Shown: piece by piece, positions 18,590 to 27,518 of the stretch
Position numbering within the stretch: position 1 is the stretch's first letter
How the letters are laid out: each line of letters starts with the position of its first letter
NCBI GenBank assembly: GCA_963806225.1
Contig: CAWDXG010000004.1
Location: 4,032,001 to 4,096,000 of the forward strand
Direction: 5' to 3'
DNA from: an uncultured delta proteobacterium
Lineage (GTDB): Bacteria; Myxococcota_A; Polyangia; Polyangiales; Polyangiaceae
DNA length: 64,000 nt
Notes under the pieces: generated by a model
Seen by the model: only the letters and a program-made list of their open reading frames with translations
Told to the model about the DNA's origin: nothing
Databases searched by the model: none
Made by a program: the position numbers and the translations under genes

Positions 18590-19444
18590 ATGGGGCAGAG
18601 GGCGAGAGCGGAGGCAAGAGCCGCGGCGCCCGACGCGCGCAGGCGGGCATCGGACTCCGATCCGCCCGAGCTCGTCGAGGTGCCGGCTGCCGTCGTGTGC
18701 GCCAACTGCGGCGACCCGGATTGCCCAGGCTGTCTGGAGATGGAGGAGCTCACGCAAGGCTCCGGCGTGGTCGCCATCGTTCCGTGGGAACGCCCTGGGC
18801 TGGGTTTTTTCGCTCGACTGTGGAGCACGGCGCGGCTGTCGACGCGCACCTACAGCTCGTTCTTCGGCGCGCTGCCCGACGGCGATCTGACCGCGGCGTT
18901 GCGCTTCGCGGTCACCGCCGAGCTGCTCGCGGTGGGAAGCGTGCTGCTCGCGTTCGTGCCAATCGTGCTTGCGATCGCACCCTGGTTGCTCGATGCGGCC
19001 GTAAAGGACGCGGGGCTCCGTCACAGCCTCGTGCGCGCGGTGTTTGCCGGAGTGCCGATCGTTGCGCTGGCGATGGTCGCCTTGCACACACTGCACGGCG
19101 TGGGGCTCGACATCGGTGCGCGGCGCCAGGGCGCGCGCGGGCATCGCGGTCGCGGCCTCAGGTTCGGCCTCTACGCCTGCGGTTGGGATCTGGTGACACT
19201 GCCGCTCGGACTGCTCGTCGTGGCGCTCAGCGAGGGACCGCGCGCGGCGTTCAGCACGGCGCCGCTCGGCATGACGGTGCCGGCGCGCGCGGCCATGTCG
19301 TATCTGCGCGGGGTGCACCGCCTCGACGAAGAGCACGCCCGCGCGGCCGGGCGCTTCGCCGCACTGCTCACCACGTTGGCCGTGGGCACGATGGGTATCT
19401 TCGCCTTCACGGGCGCGGTCATCTACGCACTGCTCGGAGGCTGA
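18590..19444 (+). CDS. Hypothetical membrane protein (Yip1-like) with CxxC motifs
   Basis: CANC..CPGC, VPWE motif, several TM helices. Confidence 0.7.
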   Translation: MGQRARAEARAAAPDARRRASDSDPPELVEVPAAVVCANCGDPDCPGCLEMEELTQGSGVVAIVPWERPGLGFFARLWSTARLSTRTYSSFFGALPDGDLTAALRFAVTAELLAVGSVLLAFVPIVLAIAPWLLDAAVKDAGLRHSLVRAVFAGVPIVALAMVALHTLHGVGLDIGARRQGARGHRGRGLRFGLYACGWDLVTLPLGLLVVALSEGPRAAFSTAPLGMTVPARAAMSYLRGVHRLDEEHARAAGRFAALLTTLAVGTMGIFAFTGAVIYALLGG

Positions 19445-19468
19445 TCGCCGCGCCGCTTGCGCGGGACG

Positions 19469-20041
19469 CTACCGGCTCTGCACGGCAGGGTTTTCCGACA
19501 GGAAGACGTAGTCGGTGGGCGACATGCTGTGGCAGGCGGCGCAATCGGCGAGACGCCCCTGGCGCAGCACGCGCCGGGCAGCGCTGTCGGCGACGGCGTA
19601 GTACCAGTCACCGTGTCCGGAGTCGTAGCCGGCAGCGCGCTTCTGCATCACCAGCAGCGGACCCGCCCGGCCGTCCTCGGTGTGCGCAGCGGCGAACAAC
19701 GCACCCGCGGTCATCGCCTGCGCGTGGTTCTGCCACGCGTTCTTCCCGGCCGCGTTCGCGAACAGCTGCATGCGGTAGCGCCCGCCGGCATGGCCCCGCG
19801 ACTCGAACGCGCCGAGCTTGGTCAGGTGCGCCGCGTAGTCAGGACGCACGGGGAAGTCGCGTTCCGCGGCGGGCGGGCGTGCGGGCGGCGCGGCCGTCGC
19901 TGCCGGCGCCGCAGCGGCAGGCGAAGGCGCGACGGATCGCGGCGCAGGCGCACAGCCAGGCGCGAGCAGAGCAACGACTGAAGCGGTGAACAGCGCGCGC
20001 CCGCTCAGAACATCGTTCCGAGCTCGAGCGCGATCGTCCAC
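19469..20041 (-). CDS. Cytochrome P460-family c-type cytochrome lipoprotein
   Basis: Lipobox APGC, LVMQKRAAGYD..GDWYY, C-terminal CAACH...DYVF. Start is GTG 20041 or CTG 20008. Confidence 0.75.
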   Translation of the reverse strand: MDDRARARNDVLSGRALFTASVVALLAPGCAPAPRSVAPSPAAAAPAATAAPPARPPAAERDFPVRPDYAAHLTKLGAFESRGHAGGRYRMQLFANAAGKNAWQNHAQAMTAGALFAAAHTEDGRAGPLLVMQKRAAGYDSGHGDWYYAVADSAARRVLRQGRLADCAACHSMSPTDYVFLSENPAVQSR

Positions 20042-21126
20042 TGGCGCTTCTCGTTCTTGAGTGCCGCCTTCATGTCGGCCTTCGACTGGGTATCGCCCGG
20101 GTTGACGATGTCGGTGATGAACTCGCCGCCGAACATCACCATCTCGTAGCGGTAGTTCAGGCCGAAGATGAGCCGCTGGCGCTGGATGCGCGCCTTGTTG
20201 AAGACGGCGTTGTTGTTGAAGTCGAGCGGCGAGCCGCCGTTGCACACCGGCTGGCCGTCGTAGACCTGGTTGCCGTTGACCGTCTTGGCAGTGTCGGCGT
20301 TGCCGGGCACGTTCTTGCCGCTGTAGTTGCAGTACTGGACGGCGTCCGTCGCCGGCGTCAGGTCGATGAGGCCGGAGTCGGCGAAGATCCACACGTACTG
20401 GTAGCCGACCCAGGGCGTGATGATCGACGAGTCGGCGATCGGCAGCGGCTTGGAGATCTGCACGTCCAGGCTGGCGATGGTGAGCTGGAACTCGGGGGTG
20501 CCCGTGATGGTGCGCACGCCGCCTCCCACCGCGACGTCGGGCAGGATACCGGCAAAGCCAGTGCGGAAGCCCTCGAGCAGTGACATGCGCACGTCGGCAC
20601 CACCGCTCAGGATGCTCGTCTGCGGCATGAAGCCGACGATGCCGGTCATCTCCAGACCGAAACCGAAGCTCTTCCTGATCTTCGCCGAGTAGAGCTGCAG
20701 CACGGAGGGCGGCCCGTTGTTGACGATCGACGCCTTGTTGGTCGAGGTGTCGACGTTGCCCTGCGTCCCCTTGTGCCAGTAGTCGGCGTCCTTGGAGATC
20801 TTGGTGTAGTCGGCCTCGATCGAGAAATGGAAGCCGCCGAAGCCGGTGGTGCGCGCCGAGTGCATCGCCGTGGGCGCCAGCGCGAAGCCGTACTGGTTCA
20901 TCAGCTTGGCGAAGGCGGCGTGATCGGGCAGGCACCAGCGGGCGCCGGTGGCCTTCTCGAGCTGGTCGAGATTGGACGTGCCATCCGAGTAGTGGCCCAT
21001 CTGGTCGTGACAGCTCTGGTCGACGACCAGGCGTTCCAACGCCGGGTCCATCGGCTCGGCCGCAGCCGCTGCAGCCACCGTGAGCGCCAGGAACCCAGCA
21101 GCGAGCGCTGCGAAGCGTGCCTTCAT
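20005..21126 (-). CDS. Hypothetical secreted / outer-membrane beta-barrel protein
   Basis: Signal peptide, amphipathic beta strands, terminal Phe (LELGTMF). Confidence 0.7.
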   Translation of the reverse strand: MKARFAALAAGFLALTVAAAAAAEPMDPALERLVVDQSCHDQMGHYSDGTSNLDQLEKATGARWCLPDHAAFAKLMNQYGFALAPTAMHSARTTGFGGFHFSIEADYTKISKDADYWHKGTQGNVDTSTNKASIVNNGPPSVLQLYSAKIRKSFGFGLEMTGIVGFMPQTSILSGGADVRMSLLEGFRTGFAGILPDVAVGGGVRTITGTPEFQLTIASLDVQISKPLPIADSSIITPWVGYQYVWIFADSGLIDLTPATDAVQYCNYSGKNVPGNADTAKTVNGNQVYDGQPVCNGGSPLDFNNNAVFNKARIQRQRLIFGLNYRYEMVMFGGEFITDIVNPGDTQSKADMKAALKNEKRQWTIALELGTMF

Positions 21127-21320
21127 TACCAATCCAATCTCCGACCGGGCGAGGCTACTTGGGGCCCGGGATCTACGTCAAGGAGAGCATGGCTCGGCCT
21201 AGGGGCGGGGCCGGCTCCGGAACGTGATTTTCGCGGCGCGTCGCGCACGTCGCAAGCCGTTTTGCGCCGGGAACGCCTCCAGACGCCAAGCCGCTGCTAC
21301 AGTCCGGCCCGGAGCAGCTC

Positions 21321-21875
21321 GTGGCCCCTGAAACATCGAGCCAGAAGCGACTTCGCGGCCTGACCCCGGCGCGGCCGTTCCACATCGTGCTGGTGGAGCC
21401 GGAGATCCCGCCCAACACCGGCAACATCGCGCGGCTCTGCGCGGCGACCTGCTCCCCGCTGCACCTGGTGGGCCAGCTCGGCTTCCGCATCGACGAGCAC
21501 GCGGTCAGGCGGGCGGGGCTCGACTACTGGCATCTCGTGCAGGTGCTCCAGCACGAGAACCTGGCCGCTGCGGAGCATGCCATCGAGGACGCGGCGGAGG
21601 GCGGGCCCGCGCCTCGCTCCTGGCTGTTCAGCGGCAAGGCCGGGCAGAGCTACCTCGAGGCAGACTTCCGGCCGGGCGACGCGCTGGTCTTCGGCAAGGA
21701 GAGCGTAGGGCTGCCGGAGGCGCTTCTGGCAGAGCGGGGCGCGCAGGTGGTGGGGATCCCCACGCTCGGCGGCGTCCGCTCGCTGAACCTGTCCAACGCG
21801 GTGGCGATTGCCGTGTACGAGGCGCTGCGGCAGACAGGCGGGCTCGAGGTCGACGCGGAACGCAGCGGGCTCTAG
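21321..21875 (+). CDS. trmL: tRNA (cytidine/uridine-34 2'-O)-methyltransferase, SpoU family
   Basis: IVLVEPEIPPNTGNIARLC, RRAGLDYW, FGKESVGLP, RSLNLSN. Confidence 0.95.
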   Translation: MAPETSSQKRLRGLTPARPFHIVLVEPEIPPNTGNIARLCAATCSPLHLVGQLGFRIDEHAVRRAGLDYWHLVQVLQHENLAAAEHAIEDAAEGGPAPRSWLFSGKAGQSYLEADFRPGDALVFGKESVGLPEALLAERGAQVVGIPTLGGVRSLNLSNAVAIAVYEALRQTGGLEVDAERSGL

Positions 21876-21880
21876 CCCGG

Positions 21881-21953
21881 CGAGCGAGAGCGAGCCCGCG
21901 CCAAGCGAAGCGAGGCGCGTCGGGGTGCTCGAGGGGCGGTGAGCCCCCTCGAG
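21881..21953. repeat. REP-like palindromic element between convergent genes
   Basis: CGCGCC-AAGCGAAGCGA-GGCGCG and CTCGAGGGGC-GGTGA-GCCCCCTCGAG hairpins. Only one copy seen in the window. Confidence 0.45.
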
Positions 21954-21985
21954 GAGGACTCCGGTGGGGGTGGGCGGGTGGGAGG

Positions 21986-23641
21986 CTAACGCAGGATGAT
22001 GCGGGGGCTGGCGCTGGTGAAGTCGGCGTGGATGCCCCGGGTCTGGCCCGGCGAGAGGGTCACCTGCGCCGAGACGCGCTCGCCCAGCGCGCCGCTGCGG
22101 AAGGTGACCGGATACGTGCCCGGCGCGAGGCTGACGCCCACGACCGGCGTGGTGCCGTAGCCGTGCGAGCCGACCGTCACCCGGGCGGGAGGGTCGGCGG
22201 TAAGGTTGAGCGTGGCATGGCGGCTGTCTACGCCAGGTTCCGCCGCGTGCCCCGACGCGACGGCGTGGACGGCATGCGCCGGCACGTGCGTGGGCGCAGG
22301 CGGCGGCGCAGACGCCGATGATGTGACCTGGGGATGGGCGCTCGGTGCGGGTGCGACGCTGGCCGGAGGCATGGCGCGAGCGGCCGTGGAACGGACCACG
22401 GGTGGCCCGGCAGGGGGCGCAGCGAGAAAACGGACGCCGACCAGCGCCGCCACGGCTACCACCCCCGCCAGCAGCGCCGGCAGCCGCCAGCTCGCCGCGG
22501 CGCGGGACTCGGGCGGCCCGCTCGCCGTGATCGGCGAAGCATCGTCGTCGGAACGGCGCGCGCCCGGCTCCGGAGCGGGAGGCGGCTCGCTCGGCAGCTT
22601 GCGCGTCCACTCGGCCATGTCGTTGCGGGCCGCGAAGGTGCGGGTCACGGGAGCTGACGGAGTGGCGGACAGCGGCGGCGTGGCCTCGCCCGCCGCGCCA
22701 ACGTCTGCTGTCGCTTCCAGCCCGTCGCCGGGCAACCAGGGGCTGGAGCTGCGCGCGCGCCGCCGCGTTTCGCGCACGCGCTGTCCGAGGCGCCGGGCGA
22801 TGTCGCCGAGATCCGCGCTCTTCTGGAACTCGCGCAGGGGCCGCGCCAAGAGCTCCGCCCGCGCCGGGCGCTCCTCCGGATCGAGTGCGAGCGTGGAGGC
22901 GATCAGCTCGTCCAGCGACGCGAGCTCGGGATCGTGATCACCCAGCGGCGCCGGCGGCGTGTCCAGCGCGCGCTCCGATTCCTCGGCTGTGGCGCGCCGG
23001 AACGGCGGCCGCCCCGTCCAGGCCTCCATCAGCAGCACGCCGACGGCGAACACATCGGTGGCAGGCGTCAGATGTCGACCGCGGAGTTGCTCCGGTGGCA
23101 TGTGGCCGGGCGATCCGAAGATCTCCGGACGACCGGCAGCCTCCTCCCCGGGCACCAGCGCTGGCGCGGCGATGCCGAAGTCGATCAGGCGCACGGCGCC
23201 TTCCTCGTCGACCATCACGTTGCGCGGCGTCACATCCCGGTGAACGATGCCGGCACGGCGATGCGCGTAGTCCAGGGCGCGGCAAATCTCGACCCCCACG
23301 TAGGCGCCCTCGCCGGGGCTGAGCGGGCCGGTCGCCGAGAGCAGCTCGGCCAGCGTGGTGCCCTCGCACTGCTCCATCGCGATGTAGTAGACGCCCTGCT
23401 CGACCCCGAGCTCGTACACGGGCACGATGTTCGGGTGACCGAGCTCCACGGCGGTCTTGGCTTCCTCGACGAAGCGGCGCACGAAGGCCTCGTCGCTGGC
23501 GAGCTCGGGCCGGATCTGCTTGACGACCAACCGCTTCTCGAAGCCTACCGCACCGCGTAGCGTGGCCAGGTACACCCGCGCCATGCCGCCCGCAGCAATC
23601 TCGCGCTCCAGCACATACTTGCCGAAGATCTGGGGGAACAT
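21986..23641 (-). CDS. Membrane Ser/Thr protein kinase with C-terminal PEGA-like domain
   Basis: IAAGGMARVY, VVK, HRDVTPRN, DFG, HMPPEQ, DVFAVG, a TM helix and GTTPV in the C-terminal domain. Confidence 0.93.
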   Translation of the reverse strand: MFPQIFGKYVLEREIAAGGMARVYLATLRGAVGFEKRLVVKQIRPELASDEAFVRRFVEEAKTAVELGHPNIVPVYELGVEQGVYYIAMEQCEGTTLAELLSATGPLSPGEGAYVGVEICRALDYAHRRAGIVHRDVTPRNVMVDEEGAVRLIDFGIAAPALVPGEEAAGRPEIFGSPGHMPPEQLRGRHLTPATDVFAVGVLLMEAWTGRPPFRRATAEESERALDTPPAPLGDHDPELASLDELIASTLALDPEERPARAELLARPLREFQKSADLGDIARRLGQRVRETRRRARSSSPWLPGDGLEATADVGAAGEATPPLSATPSAPVTRTFAARNDMAEWTRKLPSEPPPAPEPGARRSDDDASPITASGPPESRAAASWRLPALLAGVVAVAALVGVRFLAAPPAGPPVVRSTAARAMPPASVAPAPSAHPQVTSSASAPPPAPTHVPAHAVHAVASGHAAEPGVDSRHATLNLTADPPARVTVGSHGYGTTPVVGVSLAPGTYPVTFRSGALGERVSAQVTLSPGQTRGIHADFTSASPRIILR

Positions 23642-25559
23642 GTCGCGCCGGTATCGTAGCGCCGTCTGGCTGTTTCTGCTGCTTTCGGGCTGCGCGCCGC
23701 AGAAGCAGCCGGAGCGCGTGCTGTCGCTGTCGCTGCACTGGCTGCCAGGCTGCGCCGGCGACGCGAACGAGGGGGCGACCGTGGAGCTGTCGGCGCTGGG
23801 CGATTTCGATGCCTCGCCGGTCACGGCCGAGGCCTTCAGCGCTTCCGAAAGCGGGCGCGAGCTGTCGTTTCCGCCGCTCACGCGCGCCGTGGAGGCTCGT
23901 CTGGACACCGGCAACCGGCACTGGCTGGGTGTCGCGGAGCGGGACAGGGACGCCGTCCAGCTGCCGCTGTGGCCTGCAGACGGCGCTTGCCCACTGTTTC
24001 CGCTGGACGACAGCCCGGGCTACCCGGGGCCTGTGCCCGGAGAGGCGATGGGCTGGGCACCCGCCCAGCACACGCTGCTGATCGCCGGCGAGCTGTCGGC
24101 GAGCTCGAGCTCGGCGCAGGCGGTCAGTGTCGACCTGCAGAGCGGCAAAGCCTCGCGCGTGCCCGGCGGCATGCTGCAGGGCCGGGCCTACTCGACGATC
24201 ACGCCCTTCGGCGGGAACCTGCTGGTGGCGGGCGGGCTCGACACCCAGGCGACGCACGACCTCGGCAAGGCACCTCCGCTGGATAGCGCGCTCGTCTACA
24301 ACATCGCGAAGGGCCGCTTCGACCGCGCCGACCCGATCGCGCTATCGCGGGCACGCGCGCACCACGCTGCGCTGGTTCTGCCGTCGGGCGAGACCCTGCT
24401 GGTCGGCGGCATGGGCAACGCCGGCGAAGCGCTGGTGCCGCTCGAGGCGGTCTCGCCGGCCGACGGCACGGCGAGGGTGACCGGGCTGGCAACGCCGGCC
24501 GTGGGCCGGATCGATCCGGCTGCGCTCCGGCTCGACGACGGACGCATCCTGATTTGCGGCGGCACCGACTCGAACGGCAAACCCATCGGTCTGCTGGAGT
24601 GGCTGACTGCGGATGCGGCTTCCGCGTACTTCACGCCGGCCCAGCTGCCGCCGCGCTTCGATCGCGCGTTCGTGGCGATGCCCGGCGGCGGCGCGCTGGC
24701 CGTGGGCGGCTGCGAGGATCGAGCCCCGAAGAACGCAGGCGAGGACTGCAGCGCGTGCGAGCGCGGCTGCCCGCCCAGCGGGGGCTACGACGCCTGGTGG
24801 ATCACGCCCGAGGGTGTGCCCGAGCAGCTGCCGGACCTGCCCGTGGACGCCCCTCACCCGGAGCTGGTGCCGGCGGAGAACGGCGCTCCGTGGCTGTGGA
24901 GCGCACGGGCCCGGAGCTGGCTGCGCTTCGACCCGTGGCAGGCGCGCTTCGTCCCGGTCGCACCCGACCTCGCACCGGGGCCGGATGCCGGAATGCCCGC
25001 ACCGGTCGCGATCGATCCCGGGGCGTTCGTGTGGCTCTCGAGCGACGGGCAACACACGACCCTCGGCGGCTTCCGGCACGGCACCCGCGAACGCTTCGCC
25101 TTCGATCTGCTGCCGCTGCTCGGCGGCGTACCTCCCTCCGGCAGCTTTCCGGACTCGCCGGCGTGGCACCTGGCGCCCGATCGCTCGCCGCTCGGCGCGA
25201 ACGCGGAGGTGCGCTTCGACCCGGCACAGGGCCTGGTGCTGGACGGCGACTACGCGACCGCCTTGCTCACCGACACCAGCTACGCTCCGCTGCGCCTGGA
25301 GATGACGCTCGGCGGAGGCTCGCCGCCGCGCGTGCGACTGGGCAGCCGGGAAGTGGGCGGCGCGGATTGCCCATGGCCAGCGGCGGGTCCGGATACCCTC
25401 GTGCTGATCCGCAACGGCGCGACGCTGCAGCTCCAGCGCGGCCAGAGGACGGAGACCTGCAGCCTCGGGGTCGATCGCGTGACGGTGGCGCTCGCTGCCG
25501 GCGGGTCCGCACGCCACAGCGTGATCCGCGGCATCACCGTGCGCCGCAGCATGCCTTGA
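23640..25559 (+). CDS. Kelch/galactose-oxidase-repeat beta-propeller lipoprotein
   Basis: MSRRYRSAVWLFLLLSGC lipobox; repeats RAYSTITPFGGNLLVAGG, RAHHAALVLPSGETLLVGG and RIDPAALRLDDGRILICGG. Confidence 0.8.
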   Translation: MSRRYRSAVWLFLLLSGCAPQKQPERVLSLSLHWLPGCAGDANEGATVELSALGDFDASPVTAEAFSASESGRELSFPPLTRAVEARLDTGNRHWLGVAERDRDAVQLPLWPADGACPLFPLDDSPGYPGPVPGEAMGWAPAQHTLLIAGELSASSSSAQAVSVDLQSGKASRVPGGMLQGRAYSTITPFGGNLLVAGGLDTQATHDLGKAPPLDSALVYNIAKGRFDRADPIALSRARAHHAALVLPSGETLLVGGMGNAGEALVPLEAVSPADGTARVTGLATPAVGRIDPAALRLDDGRILICGGTDSNGKPIGLLEWLTADAASAYFTPAQLPPRFDRAFVAMPGGGALAVGGCEDRAPKNAGEDCSACERGCPPSGGYDAWWITPEGVPEQLPDLPVDAPHPELVPAENGAPWLWSARARSWLRFDPWQARFVPVAPDLAPGPDAGMPAPVAIDPGAFVWLSSDGQHTTLGGFRHGTRERFAFDLLPLLGGVPPSGSFPDSPAWHLAPDRSPLGANAEVRFDPAQGLVLDGDYATALLTDTSYAPLRLEMTLGGGSPPRVRLGSREVGGADCPWPAAGPDTLVLIRNGATLQLQRGQRTETCSLGVDRVTVALAAGGSARHSVIRGITVRRSMP

Positions 25560-25562
25560 CCG

Positions 25563-27365
25563 CTACTTCTTGAAAAAACGGCCGAACAGTCCGCCCGTAT
25601 CCGACTTCGCTTTCGGCACCTCGCTCTTCTTTTCCCTTGGGTGCGTGGAGTGCCGCATATCGTAGAGCCGGAGCTCGCGCTGCGCGTCGACGTGCTTGGG
25701 GTTGTGCCCGACGATCCAGCGGAAGTCGCGCACGGCGCCCTCGGCCTTGCCCCGGCGCTTGAGCAGCTGGCCGCGGTAGAAGCGCGCGCGCTCGTTGTTG
25801 GGCTCGCGGCTCACTGCCTGGTTCAGTGTCGCTATGCACTCGTCGATCTGCTGATCGCCGGCGTCGGGCTTCTGCGAGCGGATCCACGCGAGCAGCGCCA
25901 TGTAGTCGGCCTGCGCCGGGTCATCCGCCAGAGCGCGCAGGATGTGCTCTTCCGCGCCGGCGAGGTCGTGCTTCTTCAGGAGCACCTGCGCCTTCTGGTA
26001 GCTGGTCGCCGCGCGCAGCACCTGCTGCACCTGCTCCTGCTCCTGGGCGCTGCCGCCACCGTCCTCCAGCACACCGTCGTAGTCCTGCCGTTGCTCCGCG
26101 TCGGTCAGCACGTGGTGCGCTTCGGTCATGCGCGAGAAGACACGCGTCGCATGCTCGCGGACGTCCTCGTATTCCGCGCCGAGCCGGTCGGGATGCCAGC
26201 GCTTGGCGAGCTGGAAGAAGGCGGCCTGGATCGCCGAGTCGTCCGCATCACGGGGCACGCCAAGGATCACGTAGTAGTCCTGGTCCGCCATCGCCTCGGC
26301 CCGCTCGCGGATTTCCGTCTTGAACGCAGCGACCTCCGGGCCTTCGCCACGAGGCGGCGCCTGGCTGATGCGTGGCGCGGTGGTCGTGGACGAACCCTGG
26401 ACTTCGGCGGCCCGGGGCGCGGAGTCCCTCGCGGGCGATGCTGCCGCCGCTTCGGCCTGCGCCGCCGGAGCGTCTCCGGAGGAAGGCGCCGGACGCTGGC
26501 CGGTCGAGAAGTGCTTTGCGCCGGTCGCGAAGCGGCGGCGTCTCGAGCCGTCGTTCGTCTTCTTGCTTTTCGGTATTGCGATGCGGGACGACGAGGGCGG
26601 CTCGTCCACGCCCACCGGCAGCGAGCCCGGGACACCGAGGTCGAGGTGACGCGCGATCACGAGCAGGTACACCAGCCGCTTCACCAGCTGTTCTTCGGCC
26701 AGGCCCAACCCGAGCAAGGCGTCCAGCCGCTGTGGCTTCATCCGGAGCACGTCGATGACCGCCTGCTCGCGCGAGCCGAAGTGGAAACGGGTGAGCTGCG
26801 CGTCGGGGTGGAAGCGCAGCTCCCGCCCGGCAACCCGCGACAGGCCCGTGTCCAAGGCAGCCGGCGAAGCGTGGAGCCGCACCACGCGCCACAAGAGCTC
26901 CAGGGGCGTGGCGCGTGGCGCGTCGGGTCCGCCCCAGCGCGTGAGCAGGTTCTGCCCCTCGTAGAAACCGTAGAGCGTCTCGGGCGGCAGCGTGCACAGC
27001 CATAGGACCTGCCGTGCCACCTGCTCGCGCAACGCCTCCTTCAGCGTCCCGACCTGGATTGCGCCTTCGCGGACCAGCAGTCGCCCATGGAGCTGCCGCT
27101 GCTTGGCCACCTCGGCCAGCGTGCGGTTGTACGTTGCCTCGTCGATGGCGCCCATCTCCAGCAGCAAACGCCCGAGATGGATGACCGGCTGGGCGGTCTT
27201 GGCCTTCGCCGGCGCACCCTTTTCGAACCAGAACGCGCTGCGCTCGTGCAGAGGCGTCTCGACCACGAGCGTACCGTCGAGCCGCCGGTCGAGCATGTAC
27301 ACCAGAAGGTGCGCGACGGGCGTAGCCTGCAGCGTGCCCGTCGCCGTGGGCTTCGGTTCGGTCAT
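25563..27365 (-). CDS. DUF4388 / DnaJ-domain / TPR protein
   Basis: N-terminal GTLQATPVAHLL..GTLVV..FEKG, J-domain DYYVILGV..WHPDR, C-terminal TPRs. Confidence 0.88.
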   Translation of the reverse strand: MTEPKPTATGTLQATPVAHLLVYMLDRRLDGTLVVETPLHERSAFWFEKGAPAKAKTAQPVIHLGRLLLEMGAIDEATYNRTLAEVAKQRQLHGRLLVREGAIQVGTLKEALREQVARQVLWLCTLPPETLYGFYEGQNLLTRWGGPDAPRATPLELLWRVVRLHASPAALDTGLSRVAGRELRFHPDAQLTRFHFGSREQAVIDVLRMKPQRLDALLGLGLAEEQLVKRLVYLLVIARHLDLGVPGSLPVGVDEPPSSSRIAIPKSKKTNDGSRRRRFATGAKHFSTGQRPAPSSGDAPAAQAEAAAASPARDSAPRAAEVQGSSTTTAPRISQAPPRGEGPEVAAFKTEIRERAEAMADQDYYVILGVPRDADDSAIQAAFFQLAKRWHPDRLGAEYEDVREHATRVFSRMTEAHHVLTDAEQRQDYDGVLEDGGGSAQEQEQVQQVLRAATSYQKAQVLLKKHDLAGAEEHILRALADDPAQADYMALLAWIRSQKPDAGDQQIDECIATLNQAVSREPNNERARFYRGQLLKRRGKAEGAVRDFRWIVGHNPKHVDAQRELRLYDMRHSTHPREKKSEVPKAKSDTGGLFGRFFKK

Positions 27366-27518
27366 CCCGGGAGAAGACTAGCACCAGGCGGGTCGGCGTC
27401 GCAGCAGGTGCCCGGGACCAGCGTGCTTTCGACGCGTTCGGGCCGGACTCTGCACCAGACCCGGTGGCAGCGGGCCCGGCGCGTGGCACAACGCCGCGAT
27501 CCTCGGTACCTTGCGGCC

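Noticed and set aside
27484..27499. Sigma54 promoter before the NtrC-family gene (TGGCAC...)
   Set aside because: GG-to-GC spacing is not 10 nt and there is no TTGC. TACCTT 6 nt before the ATG explains the start better.
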